A stretch of DNA of 54,166 nucleotides from a virus (taxonomy: Duplodnaviria; Heunggongvirae; Uroviricota; Caudoviricetes): IMG/VR virus record IMGVR_UViG_2872198387_000006. One strand, written 5' to 3'. A program made the position numbers and the translations under genes. Every line of letters starts with the position of its first letter. Within the stretch, counting starts at the first letter, position 1. The notes below the pieces were generated by a model. The model had not been told where the DNA came from and made no database searches. It was given only the letters and a program-made list of their open reading frames with translations. This document shows, one piece after another, positions 33,423 to 44,218 of this stretch.

Positions 33423-34306
33423 GCAGCCACACCTCTGATACGAGAACGGTAACTGGGCCAGTTAAACGACAACCAGTTGCGTCCCCCGTCTGTGATCCTG
33501 TCGGCAATTCGGGGACTGATGAACGCCCACAACTCTTCCGGTGAGAGGTTACTGATAAGAATGGTGGGCAAGATACTTTCGTACCTGGCGTTGATAATTT
33601 CCTGCAAAATAGCCATTTCAGCCGCGCTGCCAAACTGAACGCCAACTTCGTCGATGATCAGCAAATCCATTGACGCATAACGCTCAATAACTTCATCCGC
33701 TGTTTTTTCGCTGTCATTCCGCCAGCAATTTTTCACAGCACGGGTAAGGCGCATCACGTCGGTGATCTCCACACTGGCCAGATAGTTACGGATGATGTGT
33801 TTTGCCATAGCCACAGCCAGATGATTTTTTCCGGTACCACAACTGCCGGTCATAACAAGACTGGTACCGTTCTCCAGCATATCTGGCCAGTTCTCCGCAT
33901 AGCGGCGACAGGCCGCAAGATTTCTGGCTGCGCCAGGATTAACCTCCAGATAATTATCAAACTCGCAGTCCCGAAAACGCAGGGCAATTCCGGCGTTATC
34001 AGTCAGCTCTTCCGCCTTGATGGACGACAGCTCCATGGTCAAATCGTTGGCCTCAGCGATTAAGCAGTCAGGGCAGCATGAAATTTCTTCTCTGTCCTCG
34101 CCATTACGATCGCTCCACACCAGTATATGCGTGTGATATTCGCCATGTTTTTCGCAATATCCGCGACCTTCACGCATCAGGCAGGAACGATAAGGCCATG
34201 GCTTTTCGCCCTTCTGAGCAAATGCAATCTCTGCCCGTAACTCATCCATTCGCGCCTGTAGTCTTTTTTGTTGTTCACGCAGGTTAAACGTCATCATCGC
34301 TGTCAC
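33419..34306 (-). CDS. DnaC/IstB-like AAA+ helicase loader
   Basis: 295 aa with Walker A GSCGTGKNHLAVA and Walker B LLIIDEVG. Confidence 0.75.
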   Translation of the reverse strand: MTAMMTFNLREQQKRLQARMDELRAEIAFAQKGEKPWPYRSCLMREGRGYCEKHGEYHTHILVWSDRNGEDREEISCCPDCLIAEANDLTMELSSIKAEELTDNAGIALRFRDCEFDNYLEVNPGAARNLAACRRYAENWPDMLENGTSLVMTGSCGTGKNHLAVAMAKHIIRNYLASVEITDVMRLTRAVKNCWRNDSEKTADEVIERYASMDLLIIDEVGVQFGSAAEMAILQEIINARYESILPTILISNLSPEELWAFISPRIADRITDGGRNWLSFNWPSYRSRIRGVAA

Positions 34307-34307
34307 C

Positions 34308-35222
34308 TCAGAATGTCAGTTTGTCACTGGATTTACCGAATTTGTCAGACATGGCTCCCAGGCCAGCCAGGACATCGACCTGTCGCTGTCGCCCACCTCT
34401 GGGAGCGGCTGGCTGTTGCCAGAAGTCTTCGAAGTGACGATCGGGTCCAAAGAACGTCGCAGCCTGCTTCACGAACTGTGTGCCGGTATTTCCTGTGGCA
34501 CGTACCCAGGCAGCATAGCGTTTCACGCCATCAAGCATGGCTTCAGGTTTTATTCCCTCCCTGAGCCGGGCTTTCCAGGCTTTGAAGGCTGCGGATTTTG
34601 AGTTACCACCAGCACGTTTTGGATATTCCTGCCAGGCCTGTTCAAATTCCGGTGAATATTCCTGTCGGGAAGAACGCGCTGGTGCAGACGCGTCAGCGGA
34701 TGCGCCAATAGTGTTTTTACTCTCTGTAGTATTCTCTGAAGTAATCTCTGTTGTATTCTCTGTAAGATCGAAATTGGTTTTCCCTTCTCCGCGGCGAGGG
34801 GTTTCCCGTGTCCGCGGTGAAGGCTTTCCCTCCTCCGCGAAATTGGGTTTTACAGTTTCCCGAAAACGGGTTTCCCCATTTCGGGAAAACTGATTGTTTT
34901 CATTGATAATTTCATTAAGGCGCTCACAATCTATACGGTAGAACATTTTGTGCTCAAGACGCTTGTTGGTTTCAACCAAAATGCCTCTGGACACAAGATG
35001 CTTACGCGCTACAGCCTGTTGTTCAAATGTAAGTCCGGTTTCGTGTTGTATCTCTTCACGCGTTTTATGTACGCCTTCCGCTGCATGTGCTTTATCCTGC
35101 CAGTAAAAAATCTGACCAAAGAAAATAACAGCGTGCGGACTTCCCATGTATTTAACGAGCCCAGGGTAATAAGCAACCGGATGTCCAAAATCGAGCAGAA
35201 GATCAGACGGACGCATAGCCAC
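34308..35222 (-). CDS. Replication initiator (lambda O-like replisome organiser) containing the origin iterons
   Basis: 304 aa; position upstream of the loader and helicase; internal DNA iterons; repetitive acidic middle segment. Confidence 0.65.
   Translation of the reverse strand: MAMRPSDLLLDFGHPVAYYPGLVKYMGSPHAVIFFGQIFYWQDKAHAAEGVHKTREEIQHETGLTFEQQAVARKHLVSRGILVETNKRLEHKMFYRIDCERLNEIINENNQFSRNGETRFRETVKPNFAEEGKPSPRTRETPRRGEGKTNFDLTENTTEITSENTTESKNTIGASADASAPARSSRQEYSPEFEQAWQEYPKRAGGNSKSAAFKAWKARLREGIKPEAMLDGVKRYAAWVRATGNTGTQFVKQAATFFGPDRHFEDFWQQPAAPRGGRQRQVDVLAGLGAMSDKFGKSSDKLTF
34720..34930. repeat. Putative phage replication origin: two iteron arrays plus AT-rich tract inside the initiator gene
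   Basis: Four or more copies of TATTCTCTG-type 11-12-bp repeats (34721-34766), five GG(G/T)TTTCCC...TCCGCG-type repeats (34775-34890), then an AT-rich stretch. Confidence 0.6.
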
Positions 35223-35436
35223 CTCCCAGGCGTTTAAACATTTTTCCGGGCTGAAACGCCACCAGCGGATAACTCAGGGTATGAGTACGTCCCTGAACCT
35301 GGCAGACAACCTTCTGGCTTTCGGTACTGACCAGGCAAACCCGCAGAACGTAGCCGTTGCTGGTGGTGAACCACTGCCCCACACGGGGGCAATGGTTGTA
35401 TCGGTGATACAGGAAATTAACGATGTGGCGGATCAT
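35203..35436 (-). CDS. Hypothetical small phage protein
   Basis: 77-aa ORF between Rha and the initiator; not recognised. Confidence 0.3.
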   Translation of the reverse strand: MIRHIVNFLYHRYNHCPRVGQWFTTSNGYVLRVCLVSTESQKVVCQVQGRTHTLSYPLVAFQPGKMFKRLGGGYASV

Positions 35437-35996
35437 GGGCGCACCTCCTTGTCAGAACCATTCAGCCTGGAATCAACAAGTGCAGCACCAAAAACAGCAT
35501 CACCTACACGGTCGTACAGTTTGCCAGCCAGCGGAGATTCAACGGCCTTAAGCATTGGGTAAAGCTGGCTTGTCCAGATTTGATGGATTTCACGCAAATG
35601 CAGGTATACGCCTCTGGCGTTTTGTGCGACAGATGACATGTCAGCCGCACCAGCTCCTGATAAGCTCCTCTCCATCTGGTTAAAGGCATTGATGTATGCC
35701 TCTTTGAACCGGGCGGCACGTTTACCAGTGAAGCCCATAGCAAGGAAGGCGAAGCCGCCGCGGGTAATTTGGTAGCAGGGAAGTTTGCGAGTACCGCCGT
35801 TGGGCTGGCGTACCAAAATTGATGTCTCCGCAAAATTGCGGGCACAAAACTCTGGAGAACAATCCAAAATGCGGATCTTTTTCAGAACATCGTCATGACG
35901 TTTAGAGAAGAAGTTGGCAACAGCCAGGGATGAAGTAACAGCCTAACCATCAACGATGGCAATTTCAGGTTGAGAGAGGGTTGGGAGAGTAGTCAT
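35433..35996 (-). pseudogene. rha: Rha-family phage regulatory protein, frameshifted near 35940
   Basis: N-terminal MTTLPTLSQPEIAIVDG (from 35996) then, in another frame, ...FSKRHDDVLKKIRIL...GFAFLAMGFTGKRAARFKEAYINAFNQME (Rha signature). Confidence 0.65.
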
Positions 35997-36314
35997 GGTG
36001 ACAGCCCCTATGTTGAATTCAAAGAACTCACCACATGGGACGCCAATCACAGAGGTGGTGAGACGTACAGGGTTGGCGTAACCGGTCAACATAGAACCCG
36101 GCGCATCTTGCGATGTCCCTGCACGCCCCACCATAATTTGGGCGTAGCAATGCTCATGACACGAAAAAACCGCATGAGCGCGGTTATGCTCTATATTGAA
36201 TTTCAGGACGCCAATCCCGGCCCCCGCTTTATAAGGTGCAGAGACAGTGTAACGTCCCGAAATTGCAGAATCAATATATTGTGCAGATATAACGATTTTG
36301 TTATGTTTTGCTGT

Positions 36315-36644
36315 ATGAACTACACTATCGAATACTACAGTGAAGAGGTCCGACTGGAGGTCGATCAGCTTCCATTGAGTATGCGTGCCAGATACCAGCA
36401 TCTTGTTGAACGCATGAAGGTATACGGCAGCAATCTCGGAGAACCTCACACCAGCGCCTTTGGTGACGGGCTTTTCGAACTCAGAATTAAAGGCAACGAT
36501 GGGATCGCGCGTGTTTTTTACTGCACTCTGACAGGGAAACGCATCATCATGCTGCATAGTTTTGTAAAGAAAGCGCAGAAAACACCGCCAGCCGAACGCA
36601 AGAAAGCTGAAACCAGAATGAAGGAGGTTAAGCATGACTGGTAA
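36315..36644 (+). CDS. HigB-like toxin (RelE/ParE superfamily)
   Basis: 109 aa from MNYTIEYY..., immediately upstream of and overlapping an HTH antitoxin gene. Confidence 0.65.
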   Translation: MNYTIEYYSEEVRLEVDQLPLSMRARYQHLVERMKVYGSNLGEPHTSAFGDGLFELRIKGNDGIARVFYCTLTGKRIIMLHSFVKKAQKTPPAERKKAETRMKEVKHDW

Positions 36645-36942
36645 ACGCACTCTCCCCACCATGACACACGACGAAATGGCAGCCAAATGGATGGAAGACC
36701 CGGCTTTTAAAGCAGAATACGACGCTATCGCTGACGAATTCGCACTGCTTGATGAAATGCTGGCAGCACGCAAAGAAGCTGGCTTAACTCAGGCTGAAGT
36801 TGCCGAGCGAATGGGAACAAAAGCGACCGCGATCACCAGAATGGAAAGTAATCTCGCATCAGGTATCAGCGGCCCATCATTTGCCACACTAAAAAAATTC
36901 GCCCGCGCTACTGGAAAAAAACTCCAGATCCGCTTCGTTTAA
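36634..36942 (+). CDS. HigA-like antitoxin (XRE-family helix-turn-helix)
   Basis: 102 aa with HTH ...GLTQAEVAERMGTKATAITRME... Confidence 0.7.
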   Translation: MTGKRTLPTMTHDEMAAKWMEDPAFKAEYDAIADEFALLDEMLAARKEAGLTQAEVAERMGTKATAITRMESNLASGISGPSFATLKKFARATGKKLQIRFV

Positions 36943-37156
36943 CCACACCGCGCCGTCATTCTGGCGGCGCACCGGATAAATAGTCATTTCCTCGCACGAT
37001 GTCTTAGCCACCGGATATCCCACAGGTGAGTCGTGTAGTTGAAGGTTTTTACGTCAGATTCTTTTGGGATTGGCTTGCGTTTATTTCTGGAGCGTTTCGT
37101 TGGAAGGTATTTGCAGTTTTCGCAGATGATGTCGGTGAAACTTCGTCGATGTCGCC

Positions 37157-37567
37157 TCATTCATACCTCCTGTCGGTAAATCTGACACCCTGACCAATAG
37201 CCCAGGCTGTTGTGTACTCGATCAGACTTGCCATGCGCTTCACGCTCATCTGCGCGCTGCTTTCGCGAATGTTGACGCATTCTCCTTCAAGGCCGGGCAA
37301 AACATCAGCTTCCTGTTTTGTTGCCACTGCATGACCGCTGATCAACAAAACCTTCCATTGTTCTGGTTTTAACCATTTGCCGCACCATTGAACCTGACGA
37401 GCGATATCCGCCAGCATCGCGTGAAATTTTGCGTTCTGGTCAAGATTTCGCTTGTAGTCAGTAATGCGGATGGTGACTGGCTTGTCTTTATCGAGAGGAG
37501 TTGAGAGGATGGCATTTATTGCGGCTTGCTGTTGTTGCTTAGTTCGGAGGAAGATTGTTTGCTTCAT
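37157..37567 (-). CDS. ninB: NinB recombination protein
   Basis: 136 aa recognised as NinB-like (…[27 protein letters not shown]…). Confidence 0.75.
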   Translation of the reverse strand: MKQTIFLRTKQQQQAAINAILSTPLDKDKPVTIRITDYKRNLDQNAKFHAMLADIARQVQWCGKWLKPEQWKVLLISGHAVATKQEADVLPGLEGECVNIRESSAQMSVKRMASLIEYTTAWAIGQGVRFTDRRYE

Positions 37568-37857
37568 CGAAAATTCTTCTCTTTAATTCCAGCGGCTCTG
37601 ATAGCTTTCATTACTGCAATTACCGTTTTGTCCTTCCCATCCTCATGCCCCATCGCATAAGCACCTTCTTCACCATCTTTCCAAAAGTCGTCATTCGATT
37701 CGGGCCAGTCGATATCCAGTTCAATAGCTGCTCGCGATGCCTGCCATATCACCCAGGCAAACTCTTTTAATTCATCGTCTCCTGTGAACTGGCTTTTGTC
37801 TTTTGACCACCAGTTTTCAAACTGTCGGTAGCTATCGTTCACTTCCCTCTCCCCCAA
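37564..37857 (-). CDS. Hypothetical nin-region protein
   Basis: 97-aa acidic ORF overlapping the ninB start; not recognised. Confidence 0.4.
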   Translation of the reverse strand: MGEREVNDSYRQFENWWSKDKSQFTGDDELKEFAWVIWQASRAAIELDIDWPESNDDFWKDGEEGAYAMGHEDGKDKTVIAVMKAIRAAGIKEKNFR

Positions 37858-37916
37858 ATAAAAAGGCCTGCGATTACCAGCAGGCCTGCTATTAGCTCAG
37901 TGATGTAGATGGTCAT

Positions 37917-38108
37917 TTAATACTCCGTCACGTTTTCCTGTCGCCACGCCTCGTCATATTCCGATTTCGGCATATTGGCGATGTAGCTATATGGCGATCC
38001 TGATTCAAGTTGCAGGAACTGGTGCGATTGCTCGTCAAGGAACAACGGAACACCACCTTCCCAACCTTCGCCGTTACGTTGTTTTTCAAGCATCAAAACA
38101 GATGCCGG
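37917..38108 (-). CDS. Hypothetical phage protein, 5' end replaced by IS911
   Basis: 68-aa ORF whose first codons lie inside the IS911 terminus. Confidence 0.3.
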   Translation of the reverse strand, partial: PASVLMLEKQRNGEGWEGGVPLFLDEQSHQFLQLESGSPYSYIANMPKSEYDEAWRQENVTEY

Positions 38109-38116
38109 TGAAGTGG

Positions 38117-39285
<1,169 letters not shown>

Positions 39286-40141
39286 TGGAGCACCTGTGTT
39301 GTTCTGAGGTGAGCATATCACCTCTGTTCAGGTGGCCAAATTCAGTGTGCCACTTCAGATGGCAATGGAGAGCGTGACCTCAATGACTTCTACTCTGACA
39401 TCCAAACCGACGCTGAATCCGGCTTTACGTAGTTTCTGGACTATGCGGGCACGTAACAAAGTGCTTTATGGTGGTCGGTCATCGTCAAAATCATGGGATG
39501 CCGCTGGCATTGCCATATTTCTGTCGAATAAATACACCCTGCGTTTTTGTTGTGCCCGTCAGATCCAGAATAAAATCGAAGAGTCGGTGTATACCCTGCT
39601 CAAAATTCAGATAGACAGGTTTGGTCTGCGGCACCGTTTCCGTATTCTGAACAACAAAATCATTAACCGGGTTACTGGCTCGGAATTTGTTTTTTATGGA
39701 TTATGGCGCAACATCGAAGAAATTAAGTCACTGGAGGGGATCGATATGTTGTGGCTGGAAGAAGCCCACGCACTGACGGAATACCAGTGGAAAATTCTGG
39801 AGCCAACGATCCGTAAAGAGGGTTCGGAATGCTGGTTCATATTCAACCCCGGACTTGTTACTGATTTCGTCTGGCGCAACTTCGTTGTTGATCCGCCCGA
39901 AGGCACTCTCATCCGCAAAATTAACTATGACGAAAATCCGTTTCTGTCTGACACCATGCTTAAGGTTATCGACGCGGCGCGACGCCGTGATCCGGATGGT
40001 TTTAAACATGTGTATGAGGGCGTTCCGGAGTCTGATGATGATGCGGCAATTAGACTGGCCCCCTGAATCTCCAGACAACCAGTATCACTTAAATAAGTGA
40101 TAGTCTTAATACTAGTTTTTAGACTAGTCATTGGAGAACAG

Positions 40142-40507
40142 ATGATTGATGTCTTAGGGCCGGAGAAACGCAGACGGCGTACCACACAGGAAAAGATCGC
40201 AATTGTTCAGCAGAGCTTTGAACCGGGGATGACGGTCTCCCTCGTTGCCCGGCAACATGGTGTAGCAGCCAGCCAGTTATTTCTCTGGCGTAAGCAATAC
40301 CAGGAAGGAAGTCTTACTGCTGTGGCCGCCGGAGAACAGGTTGTTCCTGCCTCTGAACTTGCTGCCGCCATGAAGCAGATTAAAGAACTCCAGCGCCTGC
40401 TCGGCAAGAAAACGATGGAAAATGAACTCCTCAAAGAAGCCGTTGAATATGGACGGGCAAAAAAGTGGATAGCGCACGCGCCCTTATTGCCCGGGGATGG
40501 GGAGTAA
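40142..40507 (+). CDS. insC: IS2 InsC (OrfA)
   Basis: Start at [18 protein letters not shown]. Confidence 0.85.
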
Positions 40508-41370
40508 GCTTAGTCAGCCGTTGTCTCCGGGTGTCGCGTGCGCAGTTGCACGTCATTCTCAGACGAACCGATGACTGGATGGATGGCCGCCGCAGTCGTC
40601 ACACTGATGATACGGATGTGCTTCTCCGTATACACCATGTTATCGGAGAGCTGCCCACGTATGGTTATCGTCGGGTATGGGCGCTGCTTCGCAGACAGGC
40701 AGAACTTGATGGTATGCCTGCGATCAATGCCAAACGTGTTTACCGGCTCATGCGCCAGAATGCGCTGTTGCTTGAGCGAAAACCTGCTGTACCGCCATCG
40801 AAACGGGCACATACAGGCAGAGTGGCCGTGAAAGAAAGCAATCAGCGATGGTGCTCTGACGGGTTCGAGTTCTGCTGTGATAACGGAGAGAGACTGCGTG
40901 TCACGTTCGCGCTGGACTGCTGTGATCGTGAGGCACTGCACTGGGCGGTGACTACCGGCGGCTTCAACAGTGAAACAGTACAGGACGTCATGCTGGGAGC
41001 GGTGGAACGCCGCTTCGGCAACGATCTTCCGTCGTCTCCAGTGGAGTGGCTGACGGATAATGGTTCATGCTACCGGGCTAATGAAACACGCCAGTTCGCC
41101 CGGATGTTGGGACTTGAACCGAAGAACACGGCGGTGCGGAGTCCGGAGAGTAACGGAATAGCAGAGAGCTTCGTGAAAACGATAAAGCGTGACTACATCA
41201 GTATCATGCCCAAACCAGACGGGTTAACGGCAGCAAAGAACCTTGCAGAGGCGTTCGAGCATTATAACGAATGGCATCCGCATAGTGCGCTGGGTTATCG
41301 CTCGCCACGGGAATATCTGCGGCAGCGGGCTTGTAATGGGTTAAGTGATAACAGATGTCTGGAAATATAG
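40465..41370 (+). CDS. insD: IS2 InsD (OrfB transposase)
   Basis: 301 aa; produced as an InsCD fusion by frameshifting in IS2. Confidence 0.85.
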
Positions 41371-42114
41371 GGGCAAATCCAGCAATCATCAAACTGTCTT
41401 GGATAGAAGCCGCAGTGGATGCGCACAAAACGTTAAATTTCGAACCCAGTGGAAGAAAGCGTATTGGCTTTGACGTGGCTGACAGTGGTACAGATAAGTG
41501 CGCTAACGTTTACCGTCACGGATCCGTTGTTTTCTGGGCCGACGAATGGAAGGCCAAAGAAGATGAATTACTGAAGAGCTGCCAGCGTACTTATCAGGCG
41601 GCGCTGGAGCGTGAAGCAGATATTGTTTACGACTCTATCGGTGTTGGTGCGTCTGCCGGTGCTAAATTCTCTGAAATTAACGCTGACCGGAAGAGCGAGA
41701 ACGCATACGCGCGACGTGTGAATTACCAGAGGTTTAACGCCGGTGCTGGTGTGCATGAGCCAGATGACGAGTACAACGGCATCCCCAACAAAGACTTTTT
41801 CGCAAATCTTAAGGCTCAGGCATGGTGGCTGACCGTTTCAGAAATACGTTTAACGCCATTAACAACGGAGAACAGTATCCTGTGGATGAGCTGATCAGCA
41901 TAGATTCTCGTTGTCCGTTGCTTGAAAAGCTGAAACTGGAACTGACAACACCTCATCGTGATTTCGACCGTAACGGACGTGTGATGGTCGAAAGTAAAAA
42001 AGACCTCGCAAAACGCGAGATACCGTCACCAAACGTTGCTGATGCATTCATTATGGCCTTCGCGCCAATCGATACATCGCTGGATATCTGGGAACAGCTG
42101 GGGAGACAGGCCTG

Positions 42115-43581
42115 ATGGCACGAAACAAACAAGCCCTGCGGCGAACTGTGCAGGCCACAGCTGATGGTTATGAGAATTTTATTGCCCGAGTAGGGATGCA
42201 GACACCTAACCAGCACTCAGCATCCACCTACCGGGCTAATTTCACCAGTCGTAACCGCATGCTGGTGGAATGGTCCTATCGTTCATCCTGGATCATCGGC
42301 GAAGCAGTCGATGCTATCCCGGATGATATGACCCGCAAAGGCATTCGCATCACTTCGGAAATTGATGCAAAAGATCGTGGCATTCTCGAATCACAACTGG
42401 ATGAGTTGCAAATCTGGGATGCGCTGAATGACGTGCTGAAATGGTCGCGCCTCTACGGCGGCGCGGTGGGTTTCATCATGATTGAGGGGCAGGCACCAAT
42501 GACCCCGCTGCGACCCGAAACCATCGGTAAGGGCAAGTTTAAGGGGATTCTCCCGCTCGACCGCTGGATGGTCGACCCGGCACTGACCCGCCGCATTAAA
42601 GATATGGGGCCGGACCTGGGTAAACCTGAGTTTTACGATGTGGTGACCACAGCAACGGGAATTCCTGCCTGGCGCATTCATCACAGTCGCCTGATTCGCT
42701 TTGATGGCGTCACGTTGCCATTTCAGCAGAAGATGACCGAGAACGAATGGGGAATGTCGGTTGTAGAGCGTATCTGGGATCGTCTTACCGCGTTCGACAG
42801 CGCTACTGTCGGCGCGGCGCAGCTGGTCTACAAGGCGCATTTGCGTACCTACAGCGTGGAGAAGCTACGCGAGCTTATCGCACTTGGTGGTCCTGCGTAT
42901 GAAGCGTTGCTGAAGAATATCGACCTGATTCGACAGTTCCAGAGTAATGAAGGCATGACGCTCATGGACTCGCGGGATAAGTTTGAAACCCATCAGTACA
43001 GCTTCAGTGGTCTGGATGACATCCTTTCGCAGTTTGCAGAACAGATTAGTGGCGCTGTTGGTATCCCACTGGTGCGGTTGTTCGGACAGTCCCCGAAAGG
43101 ATTTTCTACCGGTGATGCAGACCTTGCCAACTATTACGATCGCATCAGTTCGTTGCAGGAGAGGCGTTTACGTCTTCCGGTGCGGCGGATACTGGACATC
43201 ATGCATCGTTCGGAACTTGGCAAGCCGCTGCCGGACGATTTCACGTTTGAGTTTAACCCGCTCTGGCAAATGTCTGATGTCGATCGCTCAACGGTGGCGT
43301 TAAACACCACCAACGCAATCAGTACGGCGCTGGGTGATGGTCTGATGACACTGAAAGCCGCTATGACTGATTTGCGAGAAAATTCTGACGTAACCGGCAT
43401 AGGGGCATCCATTACCAACGAGGACATCGAGAATGCCGAAGATGAAGCGCCGCCCGGCATCGGCGAACCTGATGACGAACCGCAGGAGCCGTCAGGCGGA
43501 AATCCGGTATCGAACCAGCCTACGCAGGATAGCGAGGGCGGTCGGAGACATCGTAAATGGTCGCTACGATGGTTCAAATGA
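42115..43581 (+). CDS. Portal protein (Mu gp29-like family)
   Basis: 488 aa directly after the large terminase and before a MuF-like gene. Confidence 0.7.
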   Translation: MARNKQALRRTVQATADGYENFIARVGMQTPNQHSASTYRANFTSRNRMLVEWSYRSSWIIGEAVDAIPDDMTRKGIRITSEIDAKDRGILESQLDELQIWDALNDVLKWSRLYGGAVGFIMIEGQAPMTPLRPETIGKGKFKGILPLDRWMVDPALTRRIKDMGPDLGKPEFYDVVTTATGIPAWRIHHSRLIRFDGVTLPFQQKMTENEWGMSVVERIWDRLTAFDSATVGAAQLVYKAHLRTYSVEKLRELIALGGPAYEALLKNIDLIRQFQSNEGMTLMDSRDKFETHQYSFSGLDDILSQFAEQISGAVGIPLVRLFGQSPKGFSTGDADLANYYDRISSLQERRLRLPVRRILDIMHRSELGKPLPDDFTFEFNPLWQMSDVDRSTVALNTTNAISTALGDGLMTLKAAMTDLRENSDVTGIGASITNEDIENAEDEAPPGIGEPDDEPQEPSGGNPVSNQPTQDSEGGRRHRKWSLRWFK

Positions 43582-44215
43582 CAGTATCACGGAAATTATT
43601 GCGGCGCTGGAGCGTTACAGTGAAATCATCACCCCCTGGGCGACAAAGGTCGCGGAAAACTTTACTGCGGACCTAACCCGGCAGAACGAGAAAGTTTGGC
43701 GGCAACACAGCAAGAACATCAGTCGCGAGCTCCGCAATCTTGTGGAAAGCGCTCCTGTGGGCCAGGTGATGCAATCCATCATCGCCGAACAGGTCAAGTA
43801 CATCAAATCTCTGCCTCTCGAGGCCGCAGACAGGGTGTACGACATCCAGAACAAAGCGATAGAGGCTGTTGTCACCGGTGGTCGGGCGGAGCAGTTTGCT
43901 AAAGAGATTGCATCTACCGGCGATGTTGCTAAGTCTAGGGCCGATCTGATTGCCCGAACGGAACTGGGAAGAGCAACGGGCGCGCTGGATATGGCCCGAG
44001 CGATAGCTATTGGCTCGGATGGTTATATTTGGCGTACAGCCGATGATGGCGATGTCCGAGATTCCCACGATCACATGAAAGGTAAATTCGTCCGCTGGGA
44101 TTCACCTCCAACTTTGGACGGCATGACCGGCCACGCGGGCGAGCTGCCAAACTGCCGCTGCTATAAAGAGATCGTGTTTGTTCGCGTTCCATTCGCAATG
44201 AAAAGGGCAGCATAA
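43433..44215 (+). CDS. Head morphogenesis protein, Mu F-like; true start probably downstream of 43433
   Basis: C-terminal half has MuF-like character (…ARTELGRATGALDMARAIAIGSDGYIWRTADDGDVRDSHDHMKGKF…). Confidence 0.65.
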   Translation: MPKMKRRPASANLMTNRRSRQAEIRYRTSLRRIARAVGDIVNGRYDGSNDSITEIIAALERYSEIITPWATKVAENFTADLTRQNEKVWRQHSKNISRELRNLVESAPVGQVMQSIIAEQVKYIKSLPLEAADRVYDIQNKAIEAVVTGGRAEQFAKEIASTGDVAKSRADLIARTELGRATGALDMARAIAIGSDGYIWRTADDGDVRDSHDHMKGKFVRWDSPPTLDGMTGHAGELPNCRCYKEIVFVRVPFAMKRAA

Positions 44216-44218
44216 CCC

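Larger units (their letters stand above)
40051..41381 (+). mobile_element. IS2, 1331 bp, with 5-bp target duplication GCAAT
   Basis: Left end TAGACTGGCCCCCTGAATCTCCAGACAACC; right end ...GGAAATATAGGGGCAAATCCA; GCAAT at 40046-40050 and 41382-41386. Confidence 0.9.
39359..42115 (+). pseudogene. Terminase large subunit of a second head module, interrupted by IS2 and by an additional frameshift near 41830-41890
   Basis: N-terminal part 39359-40050 (…KVLYGGRSSSKSWDAAGIAIF…), continuation after IS2 in ORFs 41355-41894 and 41822-42115. Confidence 0.7.

Noticed and set aside
35943-36773. 276-aa minus-strand ORF
   Set aside because: Most of it is antisense to the HigB/HigA pair; only its last ~17 codons (MTTLPTLSQPEIAIVDG) look real, as the N-terminus of the frameshifted Rha gene
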